Origin: Nitrosopumilus sp. Nsub
GTDB lineage: Archaea > Thermoproteota > Nitrososphaeria > Nitrososphaerales > Nitrosopumilaceae
DNA: 33,242 bases
Reading direction: 5' to 3'
Assembly (NCBI RefSeq): GCF_001541925.1
Contig: NZ_LQMW01000022.1
Coordinates: 1 to 33,242 of the forward strand
The notes below the pieces were generated by a model. That model was not told the origin of the DNA. It worked only from the letters and a program-made list of their open reading frames with translations, and did no database searches. The stretch's first letter is position 1. Every line of letters begins with the position of its first letter. The position numbers were made by a program, and so were the translations under genes. Shown piece by piece: positions 23,059-31,242 of this stretch.

Positions 23059-24873
23059 ATGTCAACAAATCCAGAAAAGGCAGTTTCTTACGTCCTTAGT
23101 AAATACGTGACAGAGTACATGGACAAAGATGTTTTGATGTTAAATCTGAAAACACTAACAAGAGAAGCTGCAACAATGCTGCGAAATTATGAAACAGATG
23201 ACATTGTTGTTGTAGATGAAAAAAAATTTCCAGTTGGAATTGTTACTGATGAAGATATTCTTAGTAAAGTAAGTGATGCATCAGTGTATGCAGAGTCAAC
23301 CACATTAGAGCAAATTATGAGTAAGCCACTTATCACAATTAACGAAAAATCAACATTACAAGATGCATTACACATTATGCGAGATAACAATGTAAGAAAA
23401 CTCCCAGTAGTTTCAAAAAAGAACCAAGTTCTTGGAATGATTCTTCAATCAACGATTGCAAATATAATTAGAAACGCAACTGCAACAACACCTCGACTTT
23501 TGAGTCCGCCAGTAAAAGCAGTTTTAGGAAACTTAGGATTTGTATTACAATTTGCAGGAGTATTGTTACTGGTTCCAGCAGTAATTGCCACTTTATTAGA
23601 AGATACAGTTACTGCATCAGGAATTTACTTAACTACAGTTCTATTACTTGTTACAGGATTTTTCTTAAATTCATATGGTGAAAAATCAAGTCTGAATTTG
23701 CAGCAGGCGTCAATACTGGTATTTTCAAGTTTATTTTTACTATCTTTGTTTGGAACAATACCATATCTGTATGTCTTTCCTAGTGATGAAACAAATGTAG
23801 AAGTATTTGCAAATGCATTCTTTTCTAGTGCAGCAGGATTTACAACTGGAGGAATTTCCCTGTTTGATGAACCTGAAAAATTAACACAAAGTTTCACATT
23901 TTTTAGAAGCTACACACAATTGGTAGGAGGAATGAGTTTCATATATCTAGTAATTACAGCATTCTACCCAGAATCAAAGTTGCAAGCTATGCGTGGTTTT
24001 ATTTCCGGCAAGACACTTCACATGAAAGAACTCTTTCTTACAATTACAGTAATTTTTGCAATTTACATTGTAATTGTTGCATTCTTGTTATATCTATTCG
24101 GAGAGAGAAATATAATTGATAATTTTTCACTGGCGATGAGCACACTGTCTACTGGCGGATTTACACCCACATCTACAATTCTTGAAGGACTTTTGTGGCA
24201 AGAGCACATTGTACTAATGGGTGCAATGATTCTAGGAGCTTTACCATTTACATTTCACTATGCATTTGTTAGAAAAAAATTCTTATCACCAAAATTAGGA
24301 AAGGAAGTACTTGCATATTTTGCAATTTTAGGTGGCGCCACGCTGTTGTTTGCAGCAATTAGTGGATTAGATCCGATGCAAAGTGCATTTTATTCAGTTT
24401 CAGCTAGTTCAACTGCAGGATTGCAAATTGAGAGTTTAGCAGGTCTAAGTGGAGGAGCTCATACAATCCTAATAATTTTGATGTTTATTGGAGGATGCGG
24501 ATTTTCAACTGCAGGTGGTTTGAAAATTTTCAGATTATTTCATCTAAAAGACATCAAATCATTTATTTCAAAAGTTGGTAGATCAAAATTAACTAGTCAA
24601 AATAAAAAAGAAATCATTTCAACATTGATTATTCTTGCATTATTTCCTACAATTTCTGCAATTACAGGAGCTCACCTTGCAGCAATAGAAAATGTACCAT
24701 ATCAAGATGCATTTTTTGAAGCAGCAGGAATTATCACTACAGGAGGATTATCAGCAGGAGTAATTGATAATGGTACGGATCCTGCTACAATGATAGTACT
24801 AGGATTTTTAATGATTTTTGGAAGATTGGAAATAATAGCAATCATCTATATTTTTGTGCCCAAACTCAGTTAA
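23059..24873 (+). CDS. trkH: TrkH/KtrB-family K+ transporter with an N-terminal cytoplasmic CBS pair
   Basis: 604 aa. Residues ~20-140 carry two CBS motifs. The membrane domain has the repeated P-loop signatures TTGGISL, STGGFTP, FSTAGGLKIFR and TTGGLSA. Confidence 0.88.
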   Translation: MSTNPEKAVSYVLSKYVTEYMDKDVLMLNLKTLTREAATMLRNYETDDIVVVDEKKFPVGIVTDEDILSKVSDASVYAESTTLEQIMSKPLITINEKSTLQDALHIMRDNNVRKLPVVSKKNQVLGMILQSTIANIIRNATATTPRLLSPPVKAVLGNLGFVLQFAGVLLLVPAVIATLLEDTVTASGIYLTTVLLLVTGFFLNSYGEKSSLNLQQASILVFSSLFLLSLFGTIPYLYVFPSDETNVEVFANAFFSSAAGFTTGGISLFDEPEKLTQSFTFFRSYTQLVGGMSFIYLVITAFYPESKLQAMRGFISGKTLHMKELFLTITVIFAIYIVIVAFLLYLFGERNIIDNFSLAMSTLSTGGFTPTSTILEGLLWQEHIVLMGAMILGALPFTFHYAFVRKKFLSPKLGKEVLAYFAILGGATLLFAAISGLDPMQSAFYSVSASSTAGLQIESLAGLSGGAHTILIILMFIGGCGFSTAGGLKIFRLFHLKDIKSFISKVGRSKLTSQNKKEIISTLIILALFPTISAITGAHLAAIENVPYQDAFFEAAGIITTGGLSAGVIDNGTDPATMIVLGFLMIFGRLEIIAIIYIFVPKLS

Positions 24874-24908
24874 GATAGAATTTAATTTCACGGTAAAATC
24901 AAGACATC

Positions 24909-25733
24909 ATGGAACAATCTAGTCTAGTCAAAAAAGGGAAAAAAATGATAATTTTGGGATTTATAATTATAGGAGTTTTGTTTATTTTGTATGGAAGATA
25001 TCAAGATCCAGAACTTATGACGCCTAGTGCAATTGATTCAATTCAAAGAATTGCATATGGATTTTACATTACGTTGGTAGCAGCATTTGGTGCAATTGCA
25101 ATTGGAATGTTCAGATATCATAAAGGAAAAGTTGAAACAAATGGAAAAGATCTTTCAACAATTATAGCATTAGTTACATGGAATTCAAAATCAAGGAGGA
25201 TTTTCTTATCCACATTTATCGGATATGGAATATTTTTTGCATTAATTTCAGGAACACTAGTATACCAACCAGAAATTAATTTTGTAACCCATTATGGAGC
25301 AACAATTCCATCAGGATTTATTGCACCATGTTGTGACGGACCAGGATATATGCCAAAAATAATAATCTACATTACAGAACATATTGGCTTACAAATTATT
25401 CCAATTAATCTAGTTCTACAAATTATTGTTTCATATTTAGTTGGTCTTAATGTTTCAATTGCAGTAACAGCATATTCAATTTCCAAAAAAGGTGGAGGAA
25501 TTAGCACTATTGGAGCTGCAACAGGATTATTCATTGCATGTCCAACATGTGCAGGAACATTTTTGTCAATTTTTATAGGAACTGCAAGTGGAATTGCATT
25601 GTCAGTAGCACTGTCACAAATGCAGACATTTTTGATTGGAATTTCAATTCCCATTTTAATTGTAACACCATATCTAATGGCAAAGAAATTAAGAAATTCG
25701 GATGGAAGTTGTAAAATTAATTTTAAGAAATAA
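24909..25733 (+). CDS. Polytopic membrane protein with CC and CxxC motifs (possible membrane thiol-disulfide oxidoreductase; function unknown)
   Basis: 274 aa with about 6 TM helices. It has a loop motif APCCDGPGY and an intramembrane IACPTCAG. Confidence 0.7.
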   Translation: MEQSSLVKKGKKMIILGFIIIGVLFILYGRYQDPELMTPSAIDSIQRIAYGFYITLVAAFGAIAIGMFRYHKGKVETNGKDLSTIIALVTWNSKSRRIFLSTFIGYGIFFALISGTLVYQPEINFVTHYGATIPSGFIAPCCDGPGYMPKIIIYITEHIGLQIIPINLVLQIIVSYLVGLNVSIAVTAYSISKKGGGISTIGAATGLFIACPTCAGTFLSIFIGTASGIALSVALSQMQTFLIGISIPILIVTPYLMAKKLRNSDGSCKINFKK

Positions 25734-25977
25734 ATGCCTTAACTTCAGGAATTTTATAATTTCCAATATCATATCCATCTCTTCGAAGAAATTTTAATGA
25801 TAGTTTGTAAATTAATTCATCATGATCTACTACATCTAGTATTTCACTCCACAGAATTTTTTGATTATTTTGAATATTTTTTTTGAATTGAGGAATTAAT
25901 GACTCAGCTATTGCTTTACATTCATCCATCGTTTTTCCATTTTTATAAGCACGAACACGATGATCACAAGAATCCAT
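25723..25977 (-). CDS. Hypothetical protein (84 aa)
   Basis: ATG ORF convergent with 24909..25733 (11-nt overlap). Confidence 0.5.
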   Translation of the reverse strand: MDSCDHRVRAYKNGKTMDECKAIAESLIPQFKKNIQNNQKILWSEILDVVDHDELIYKLSLKFLRRDGYDIGNYKIPEVKAFIS

Positions 25978-26055
25978 ATGTCAAATACCAAAAAATGGTA
26001 AATAAACCTAAGTTGAAAAGATTGTAACAAATACTAGCCACAAACAAAGCAGATA

Positions 26056-26301
26056 ATGGCAATAAATTCAGAAAAAGAATATGTTGAATTTTTCATTAAT
26101 TTGAATATGGGAGAGAAAGTGACATTACTTAGTTTTGTTAACAATGAAAGAATGGTACTAAAACAAAAATTGAAAAATAAAATCAATCAAAAAGAACCAA
26201 TTCAAAAAGGAATAGTTATCTTAGAATCAATAATTAAAGAAATTTCTGAAAACGGAGAATCAAAAATTTTGGCAAAATATCAAACATCAGATGAGAGATA
26301 A
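26056..26301 (+). CDS. Hypothetical protein (81 aa)
   Basis: ATG ORF whose stop overlaps the next start (TAATG), suggesting translational coupling. Confidence 0.5.
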   Translation: MAINSEKEYVEFFINLNMGEKVTLLSFVNNERMVLKQKLKNKINQKEPIQKGIVILESIIKEISENGESKILAKYQTSDER

Positions 26302-26867
26302 TGAATAAAAATTCAGAAATTATTAAAACAGAAATTATTAGAATTTTAAATGAAAACGGAAAGATACGTGGAAATGAACTAGCAAAAAGAGTGATAGAAA
26401 AAGTAGGCAATGAAAAAATAGTATATAGAGAAATTAGCGAATTAGTAGAAAAAGGAGAGATTGAAAAAACAGTTCACAATAGATCACACATTGAATACGA
26501 ACTAATAGATTTACATGAATCAGTAAATACTCAATTAAAAAATTTGCATAATGAAATAAATTTAATTTTTAAAGAAATAAGAAAATTTCAACAAATTAGC
26601 AAAGAAGAAAATTTTTCATATCATCAAAGATTAAGAGATACAATCCACATTATACATACAATACAGTCAGCTGAGAGCATAATGAAATTGCTATCATATT
26701 ATCCCACATTTAAAAAAGATAGAATGTTTTCACAAATTAAAAGAAAAATTAGTGATTGTTGGGAAATTATTATGAATAGTATGATACATCAACCTGAAGA
26801 AGGTTTTTTGAATGAAATAATTAATAATTTACAGGTTGGAAGAAAAAATCAAAGCAATGTCAATTAA
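26301..26867 (+). CDS. Winged-helix plus helical-domain protein (~190-aa family)
   Basis: N-terminal IIRILNENGKIRGNELAKRVIEKVGNEKIVYREISELVEKGEIEK is wHTH-like. Same size and architecture as 17413..17976 and 30424..31005. Confidence 0.6.
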   Translation: MNKNSEIIKTEIIRILNENGKIRGNELAKRVIEKVGNEKIVYREISELVEKGEIEKTVHNRSHIEYELIDLHESVNTQLKNLHNEINLIFKEIRKFQQISKEENFSYHQRLRDTIHIIHTIQSAESIMKLLSYYPTFKKDRMFSQIKRKISDCWEIIMNSMIHQPEEGFLNEIINNLQVGRKNQSNVN

Positions 26868-27135
26868 AATTTTTTAATTTATCTAAAACAATATTAAAAA
26901 TAGAAATATTGTCTAACAATACATATGGTAAATCATTTTCTTCACAGGCTTGACCACTTTCAGTATCACGGGTAACTAAAATCATATTATTTTCTTTAGC
27001 ATAGTTGATCACAGAATAATCTGTTTTTAATTTGTAACCAGCCGTGCGTAATTTTTTGACACTATATGCATCAAAACCTAATTCTTTAAGTTTTTCATCC
27101 CAACCATCATCCATTTCATCAATCAAAATTTTCAT
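26860..27135 (-). CDS. DUF5615 / Mut7-C-like (PIN-like fold) small protein, a putative orphan toxin-type nuclease domain
   Basis: MKILIDEMDDGWDEKLKELGFDAYSV...DYSVINYAKENNMILVTRD follows the MKfLxDE...L...G.D...D..i...A.e....lvTxD pattern. Confidence 0.5.
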   Translation of the reverse strand: MKILIDEMDDGWDEKLKELGFDAYSVKKLRTAGYKLKTDYSVINYAKENNMILVTRDTESGQACEENDLPYVLLDNISIFNIVLDKLKNFN

Positions 27136-27281
27136 ACAATTATGAAATCGTTTTACAATATTAGTGTAATACGCACAATTTGAAATAGTTTTTTGATTAA
27201 TTTAGCAAAAAAAATTTTTTATCTAAACAGCAAGAAAAATTTTACATTGGATATCTAATAATTATTTTTCAATTTTGGATT

Positions 27282-27515
27282 ATGTCAAGAATAGAAGCAT
27301 ATGACATCAAAGCAAGAAAAAAAGTAACCATGAACAATCCTAAACCATATCTAATGAAAAATGGTTCATGGGCATTAAAAGGAACTAGTTCAGAAACAGG
27401 AATTTCATTATTTAGAATAGTGGGCAGAAATAAACCAAAAATTTCTCAATCCCGATTTGAATCATTCAAAAATTTGTTTGTAAGTAGACAATGTGAATGT
27501 GAAAAAATCTGCTAG
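27282..27515 (+). CDS. DUF5679-like small protein lacking the four zinc-ribbon cysteines
   Basis: EAYDIKARKKVTMNNPKPYLMKNGSWALKGTSSETGISLFRIVG aligns to the remembered DUF5679 pattern AYCxKCxxKxxMxNPxxxxxKNGxxAxxGxCxxCGxxxFRI, with C>D, C>A, C>S and C>T. Confidence 0.5.
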   Translation: MSRIEAYDIKARKKVTMNNPKPYLMKNGSWALKGTSSETGISLFRIVGRNKPKISQSRFESFKNLFVSRQCECEKIC

Positions 27516-27571
27516 TTTTATTTTTTTCAAAAAATTAAAAATTTAATTAAAGAAAAAAATATTTTAAATTA

Positions 27572-27838
27572 ATGAAAGATTTAACAAATGAGGAGATCAG
27601 AGAAATTATTTTAAAAGAATTCTACAAAAGGGCAAAAGGGAAATCAGAAAATCCAAAAATTCACATGTACAATTTTCCAGAATTAAAAGAGATTGATAAT
27701 AAAAAAATTTTTGAGAATGTCAAATATTTAATAAATGAAAATTTAGTAAGAGGTGGAATCGATCAAGATGAAAATCAGTCATTTCCATGGGTTAGTAGAA
27801 TAACAACCACAGGAACAAAATTTGTAGAAGATGAATAA
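27572..27838 (+). CDS. Hypothetical small protein (88 aa), possibly winged-helix-like
   Basis: ATG ORF. KIFENVKYLINENLVRGGI resembles a recognition helix plus wing. Weak evidence. Confidence 0.45.
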   Translation: MKDLTNEEIREIILKEFYKRAKGKSENPKIHMYNFPELKEIDNKKIFENVKYLINENLVRGGIDQDENQSFPWVSRITTTGTKFVEDE

Positions 27839-27904
27839 TATAGAGTAAATTAGTGTAAAATAAAAAAGATCAAGTACTTATTTCTAAAAATAACAATAAA
27901 AACA

Positions 27905-28138
27905 ATGGATGAAAAAGAAGAAGATAAATCAGAAAAATCAAAACAAAATCACATTATTTACTACAAATCATTAAGTAAAATAATTTCAAATATGGAAAAA
28001 GAAATTGACGATGAAGGAGAACCTGCTGTAAAAGAACATCTAAGAAGTAGAATTGATGCAGTAGAAAAAGACAGAAAAAGAATCAGAGATCTATTTCCAG
28101 ATATGAAAATGGAGGAATGGGATGACAACACCAACTGA
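27905..28138 (+). CDS. Hypothetical charged coiled-coil protein (77 aa)
   Basis: ATG ORF that overlaps the next ORF by 17 nt. Confidence 0.45.
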   Translation: MDEKEEDKSEKSKQNHIIYYKSLSKIISNMEKEIDDEGEPAVKEHLRSRIDAVEKDRKRIRDLFPDMKMEEWDDNTN

Positions 28139-28328
28139 AAAAAACCACAACAAACACCTAGATTTACTACATGATTACAAAATACATTTGGTCAGACAGG
28201 TTCAAGAATTAGAAAAAATGGATAAAAAATCAGAATTTTTAAAAAAATGGAATGAAACTACTATTAATGAAAGGAAAAAAGAAATTCAAGTGATAAATAA
28301 AATTTTAAAAAACATGATCAGATTTTAG
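28122..28328 (+). CDS. Hypothetical coiled-coil protein (68 aa)
   Basis: ATG ORF overlapping the previous gene, likely an operon partner. Confidence 0.45.
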   Translation: MTTPTEKNHNKHLDLLHDYKIHLVRQVQELEKMDKKSEFLKKWNETTINERKKEIQVINKILKNMIRF

Positions 28329-28678
28329 TCATGAAATTTTTGTGCCAAATCATAGATACTAGTACATACAAAACCCATATTCTCAATTGAAACACCATCA
28401 ATCCAAATCACTTCTTCATCAATGGTATAATCATAATGTAAATTACTATAGTTTGAATTTACAAATGATTTCTCATTATCAATTAATTGTTTTATTTCAT
28501 TTAATTCAGGTTTTGAAAAAACATAGTTACAAGACATCAAATCAACATTTACAGTATAATTACCATGAACAGGATTGATTTTTGATTTGATAAATGGTTT
28601 GTTTTGTTGTTGACATTCTTTGTAATGTTTATCATATTCAAACATTTTAGAGTCTGCAAGATACTTATGAAAAGTCAT
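28325..28678 (-). CDS. Hypothetical protein (117 aa)
   Basis: ATG ORF 21 nt downstream of 28700..29086. Confidence 0.5.
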   Translation of the reverse strand: MTFHKYLADSKMFEYDKHYKECQQQNKPFIKSKINPVHGNYTVNVDLMSCNYVFSKPELNEIKQLIDNEKSFVNSNYSNLHYDYTIDEEVIWIDGVSIENMGFVCTSIYDLAQKFHD

Positions 28679-28699
28679 CAGATTTTAAAATAATAAAAA

Positions 28700-29086
28700 T
28701 TAGATAGATGCAGTTATCTTTTTAATTTTTTCAATTAATTTAACTTTAGTTGTCATAGGAGTGTTTGGTTCAACTGTAAAAAACACAATGTTTCTTTTTG
28801 TATAAAGTACTAGTTGAGAAACTTTTTCTCTTTCAACATGAACAAATTGAACTTTACCTAATGAACGATCAAATTCTTTTCTCATAGTTCGTCTTTGTGC
28901 AACTTGTTTACAAAAATGCTCTTCAGCTTTTTGAGAATTAAGACTAGTCTGGCCTTTTTTCATGATACCTTCACGAATATTTCCTTTAGTATCAATAATT
29001 GCTGCAAATCTCATTTTTGAATTTAAACTAACGATTTTTTCAACAAGATCTAGAAGATCTACTTTCTTTTTTACAGCCATAGTCAT
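28700..29086 (-). CDS. Hypothetical protein, possibly a Roadblock/LC7-like fold
   Basis: 128 aa. The pattern RFAAIIDTKGNIREG...LGKVQFVHVEREKVSQLVLY...IVFFTVEP loosely resembles Roadblock/MglB-type domains. Tentative. Confidence 0.45.
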   Translation of the reverse strand: MTMAVKKKVDLLDLVEKIVSLNSKMRFAAIIDTKGNIREGIMKKGQTSLNSQKAEEHFCKQVAQRRTMRKEFDRSLGKVQFVHVEREKVSQLVLYTKRNIVFFTVEPNTPMTTKVKLIEKIKKITASI

Positions 29087-29174
29087 AGAAGGTATTTTGT
29101 CAAATATAAGCCATTAAAATAAAAAATGATGCCTAAAAATGCCTATTTATTAATTGGAAATATGACTAAAATTT

Positions 29175-29393
29175 ATGAAAACTGGAATGCCATGGATGAT
29201 CATAGGTGTCAGCATGTTCATTTTAGGACTAATCTTATTTTATTCAATGGAATATAATGAAAATTCAGCAATCATCAAAAATTCAGGAACATTTGTAGGT
29301 CTAACAGGAATAGGCGTAGCAGTTGCAGGGATTCTACTATATCTAATTAACAGAAAACCTCAACCAATTCAAGAAAATTATGATATAGAATAA
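29175..29393 (+). CDS. Small two-TM membrane protein (72 aa)
   Basis: ATG ORF with two hydrophobic helices. Confidence 0.55.
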   Translation: MKTGMPWMIIGVSMFILGLILFYSMEYNENSAIIKNSGTFVGLTGIGVAVAGILLYLINRKPQPIQENYDIE

Positions 29394-29470
29394 TTTCTTA
29401 CATGAATCAAATATCGAAACAAAAAATATGAGAAATAAACTATAATAGTACAAAAAAAAGAATTGGATAA

Positions 29471-29896
29471 ATGTCTGAAAAAACATGGATGGGAAGAATT
29501 TATCTAAAAGAAGAAGGAGGTTACAAAATTATCATCAAATCTTTAACTCATTATAAAAAAAGATTACAAACAATCCATGCAAGTCCAGAAGTAAAGGAAG
29601 CAGCTGCAATGTTTGCTCCAGTATTGCAATCACAAGCTAAAAAAAGAATTCCCATGATAGAAAGTGCTAAAACAAATATTGAAAGATTTTTAGTAGATTC
29701 AAAATTATATGAACCATTAGAACAAGATTTAGAAATTATTGAAAAAGCATTAGAGTGTAGAAAATCAGATATTGAAAAAGTAGAAAATACATCTGACGAA
29801 TATTTTGTAAAGTTATTAGAGAATGTTAGCGAATCTAAAAAAGATTTACCAGAAATAGAAAATGCATTAAATAAAATTAAGATATATTCAGAATAA
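29471..29896 (+). CDS. Hypothetical helical protein (141 aa)
   Basis: ATG ORF with no recognisable motif. Confidence 0.55.
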   Translation: MSEKTWMGRIYLKEEGGYKIIIKSLTHYKKRLQTIHASPEVKEAAAMFAPVLQSQAKKRIPMIESAKTNIERFLVDSKLYEPLEQDLEIIEKALECRKSDIEKVENTSDEYFVKLLENVSESKKDLPEIENALNKIKIYSE

Positions 29897-29897
29897 T

Positions 29898-30128
29898 CTA
29901 TTGACCCTGCAAATACCAGTCATAGTAGGGCAAAAGCAATCTACACTGTTTTTTCTTTTCAGATTCTGACGAAAGTTCAAGAATTTTTTCAACTTTGCCG
30001 TTTAGATACTCAACAGTCAAATTACTTTTAAATTCAAGCATGATTTGAGCCAATATTTCTAAAAATTCATCAGATGACACATCATCAAAATTATCAACAA
30101 TGTTTTTAATTTTAATTTCTAGAGACAT
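29898..30128 (-). CDS. Hypothetical protein (76 aa)
   Basis: ATG ORF, last gene of a three-gene minus-strand run (30424..31005, 30141..30383, 29898..30128). Confidence 0.5.
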   Translation of the reverse strand: MSLEIKIKNIVDNFDDVSSDEFLEILAQIMLEFKSNLTVEYLNGKVEKILELSSESEKKKQCRLLLPYYDWYLQGQ

Positions 30129-30140
30129 TATAATTGATCG

Positions 30141-30383
30141 TTATGATTTAGATAATTTAAACAAATCTTCATCATCCCAAGTTAATCTAAACTTTCCAGT
30201 AACTCTAAACATACTGAGTTTGGCACCATTTTTGAAAATCAGTTTATAGGTTTTATGAGAACTATCTTCAATCTCTAAAGATACTTTGTCTTTCTTTGTT
30301 TGAAAAACTATGGGATTATTAGATATCTGAGTCCATTCCTCATCATCAAAATCCATATAGAATTTTGAATATAGTAATCCCAT
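30141..30383 (-). CDS. Hypothetical protein (80 aa)
   Basis: ATG ORF in the same run. Confidence 0.5.
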   Translation of the reverse strand: MGLLYSKFYMDFDDEEWTQISNNPIVFQTKKDKVSLEIEDSSHKTYKLIFKNGAKLSMFRVTGKFRLTWDDEDLFKLSKS

Positions 30384-30423
30384 AAAGAATCACAGAAACT
30401 ACCGGAATAAAAACTAGATAAAA

Positions 30424-31005
30424 TCATGTTTCAAGATCATATTGTGGAACATTTACCTGATGGTGACTTACAATGGTTGGAAAAATTAACTCATAATCAA
30501 CATCTCTTTTAATTATTTTAAAAAGTTGTGAGATCAATTGTTGAATCATTAAATGTTCGTCACGATATAATGTTTTTTTAGGATTTTTTATAGAATCTAA
30601 AATAGTAAATCCTGTATCAGTTTGTAACAAACTTTTCAAAAACATAGTTCCAATCAAAATTTTTTCATCAACATCCTTGTGGGGAAACGAAACATCGAGA
30701 TTTTTTATCTTTAATTTTATATCATGAAATGCTTTGTTTGTGTTTTGTTCTAATTGTTGTTGAGATTTTTCTTTATAATTAGGAGTAGGAACATAAAATT
30801 TCATATTTCCTTTCTTTTTAACAAACAAAATTTCTTTTTCAATTAAGGAATTTTTTGACTTTTCAAAAGTAGTTTTTGCCATATATTTTGGAACTAATAG
30901 AGTAATCAAACCATTATGATGTAAATCAGGATTATCCTTAATTGTCTCTAAAATTATTCTTTCACGTTCATAATTTTTAACTGTGGGCTCAAATCGACTC
31001 ATCAT
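30424..31005 (-). CDS. Winged-helix plus helical-domain protein (~190-aa family)
   Basis: N-terminal ERERIILETIKDNPDLHHNGLITLL...FEKSKNSLIEKEILFVKKKGNMKFY is wHTH-like. Confidence 0.6.
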   Translation of the reverse strand: MMSRFEPTVKNYERERIILETIKDNPDLHHNGLITLLVPKYMAKTTFEKSKNSLIEKEILFVKKKGNMKFYVPTPNYKEKSQQQLEQNTNKAFHDIKLKIKNLDVSFPHKDVDEKILIGTMFLKSLLQTDTGFTILDSIKNPKKTLYRDEHLMIQQLISQLFKIIKRDVDYELIFPTIVSHHQVNVPQYDLET

Positions 31006-31008
31006 ATT

Positions 31009-31020
31009 TAGGTCGACCTA
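31009..31020. promoter_or_regulatory. Perfect 12-bp palindrome TAGGTCGACCTA between a TATA-like box and the ATG of the wHTH gene, a candidate operator
   Basis: The minus strand reads CATTAAATATAGGTCGACCTAAAT-ATG. This is a G+C-rich palindrome in an AT-rich spacer, 3 nt from the start codon. Confidence 0.3.
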
Positions 31021-31069
31021 TATTTAATGGGTTATCTAATAAGGTTTATTGTTAAAAATTTTAAAAAAA

Positions 31070-31216
31070 TTAACGGAACAATTCCAATTCTTCAAGTATT
31101 TTATTCATAGAATGCTTCCAACGTCTCATTTCATCAATATCATGAGGTCTATTATCTTCCAAAGATTTTTTCATTTTTAATAATTCTTGATAACGAGTAT
31201 TATCAACTTTAACCAT
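31070..31216 (-). CDS. Possible small protein (48 aa) downstream of aEF-2, below the ORF-track cutoff
   Basis: ATG..TAA ORF MVKVDNTRYQELLKMKKSLEDNRPHDIDEMRRWKHSMNKILEELELFR. Confidence 0.3.
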   Translation of the reverse strand: MVKVDNTRYQELLKMKKSLEDNRPHDIDEMRRWKHSMNKILEELELFR

Positions 31217-31242
31217 CAAAATCTATAGAAAAATTAGAATAA

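Noticed and set aside
29140-29160. ATGCCTA direct repeat with a 10-bp period (ATGCCTAAAAATGCCTATTT) in a divergent spacer
   Set aside because: There are only two 7-mers. This is too short to distinguish from chance or local slippage without comparative data.
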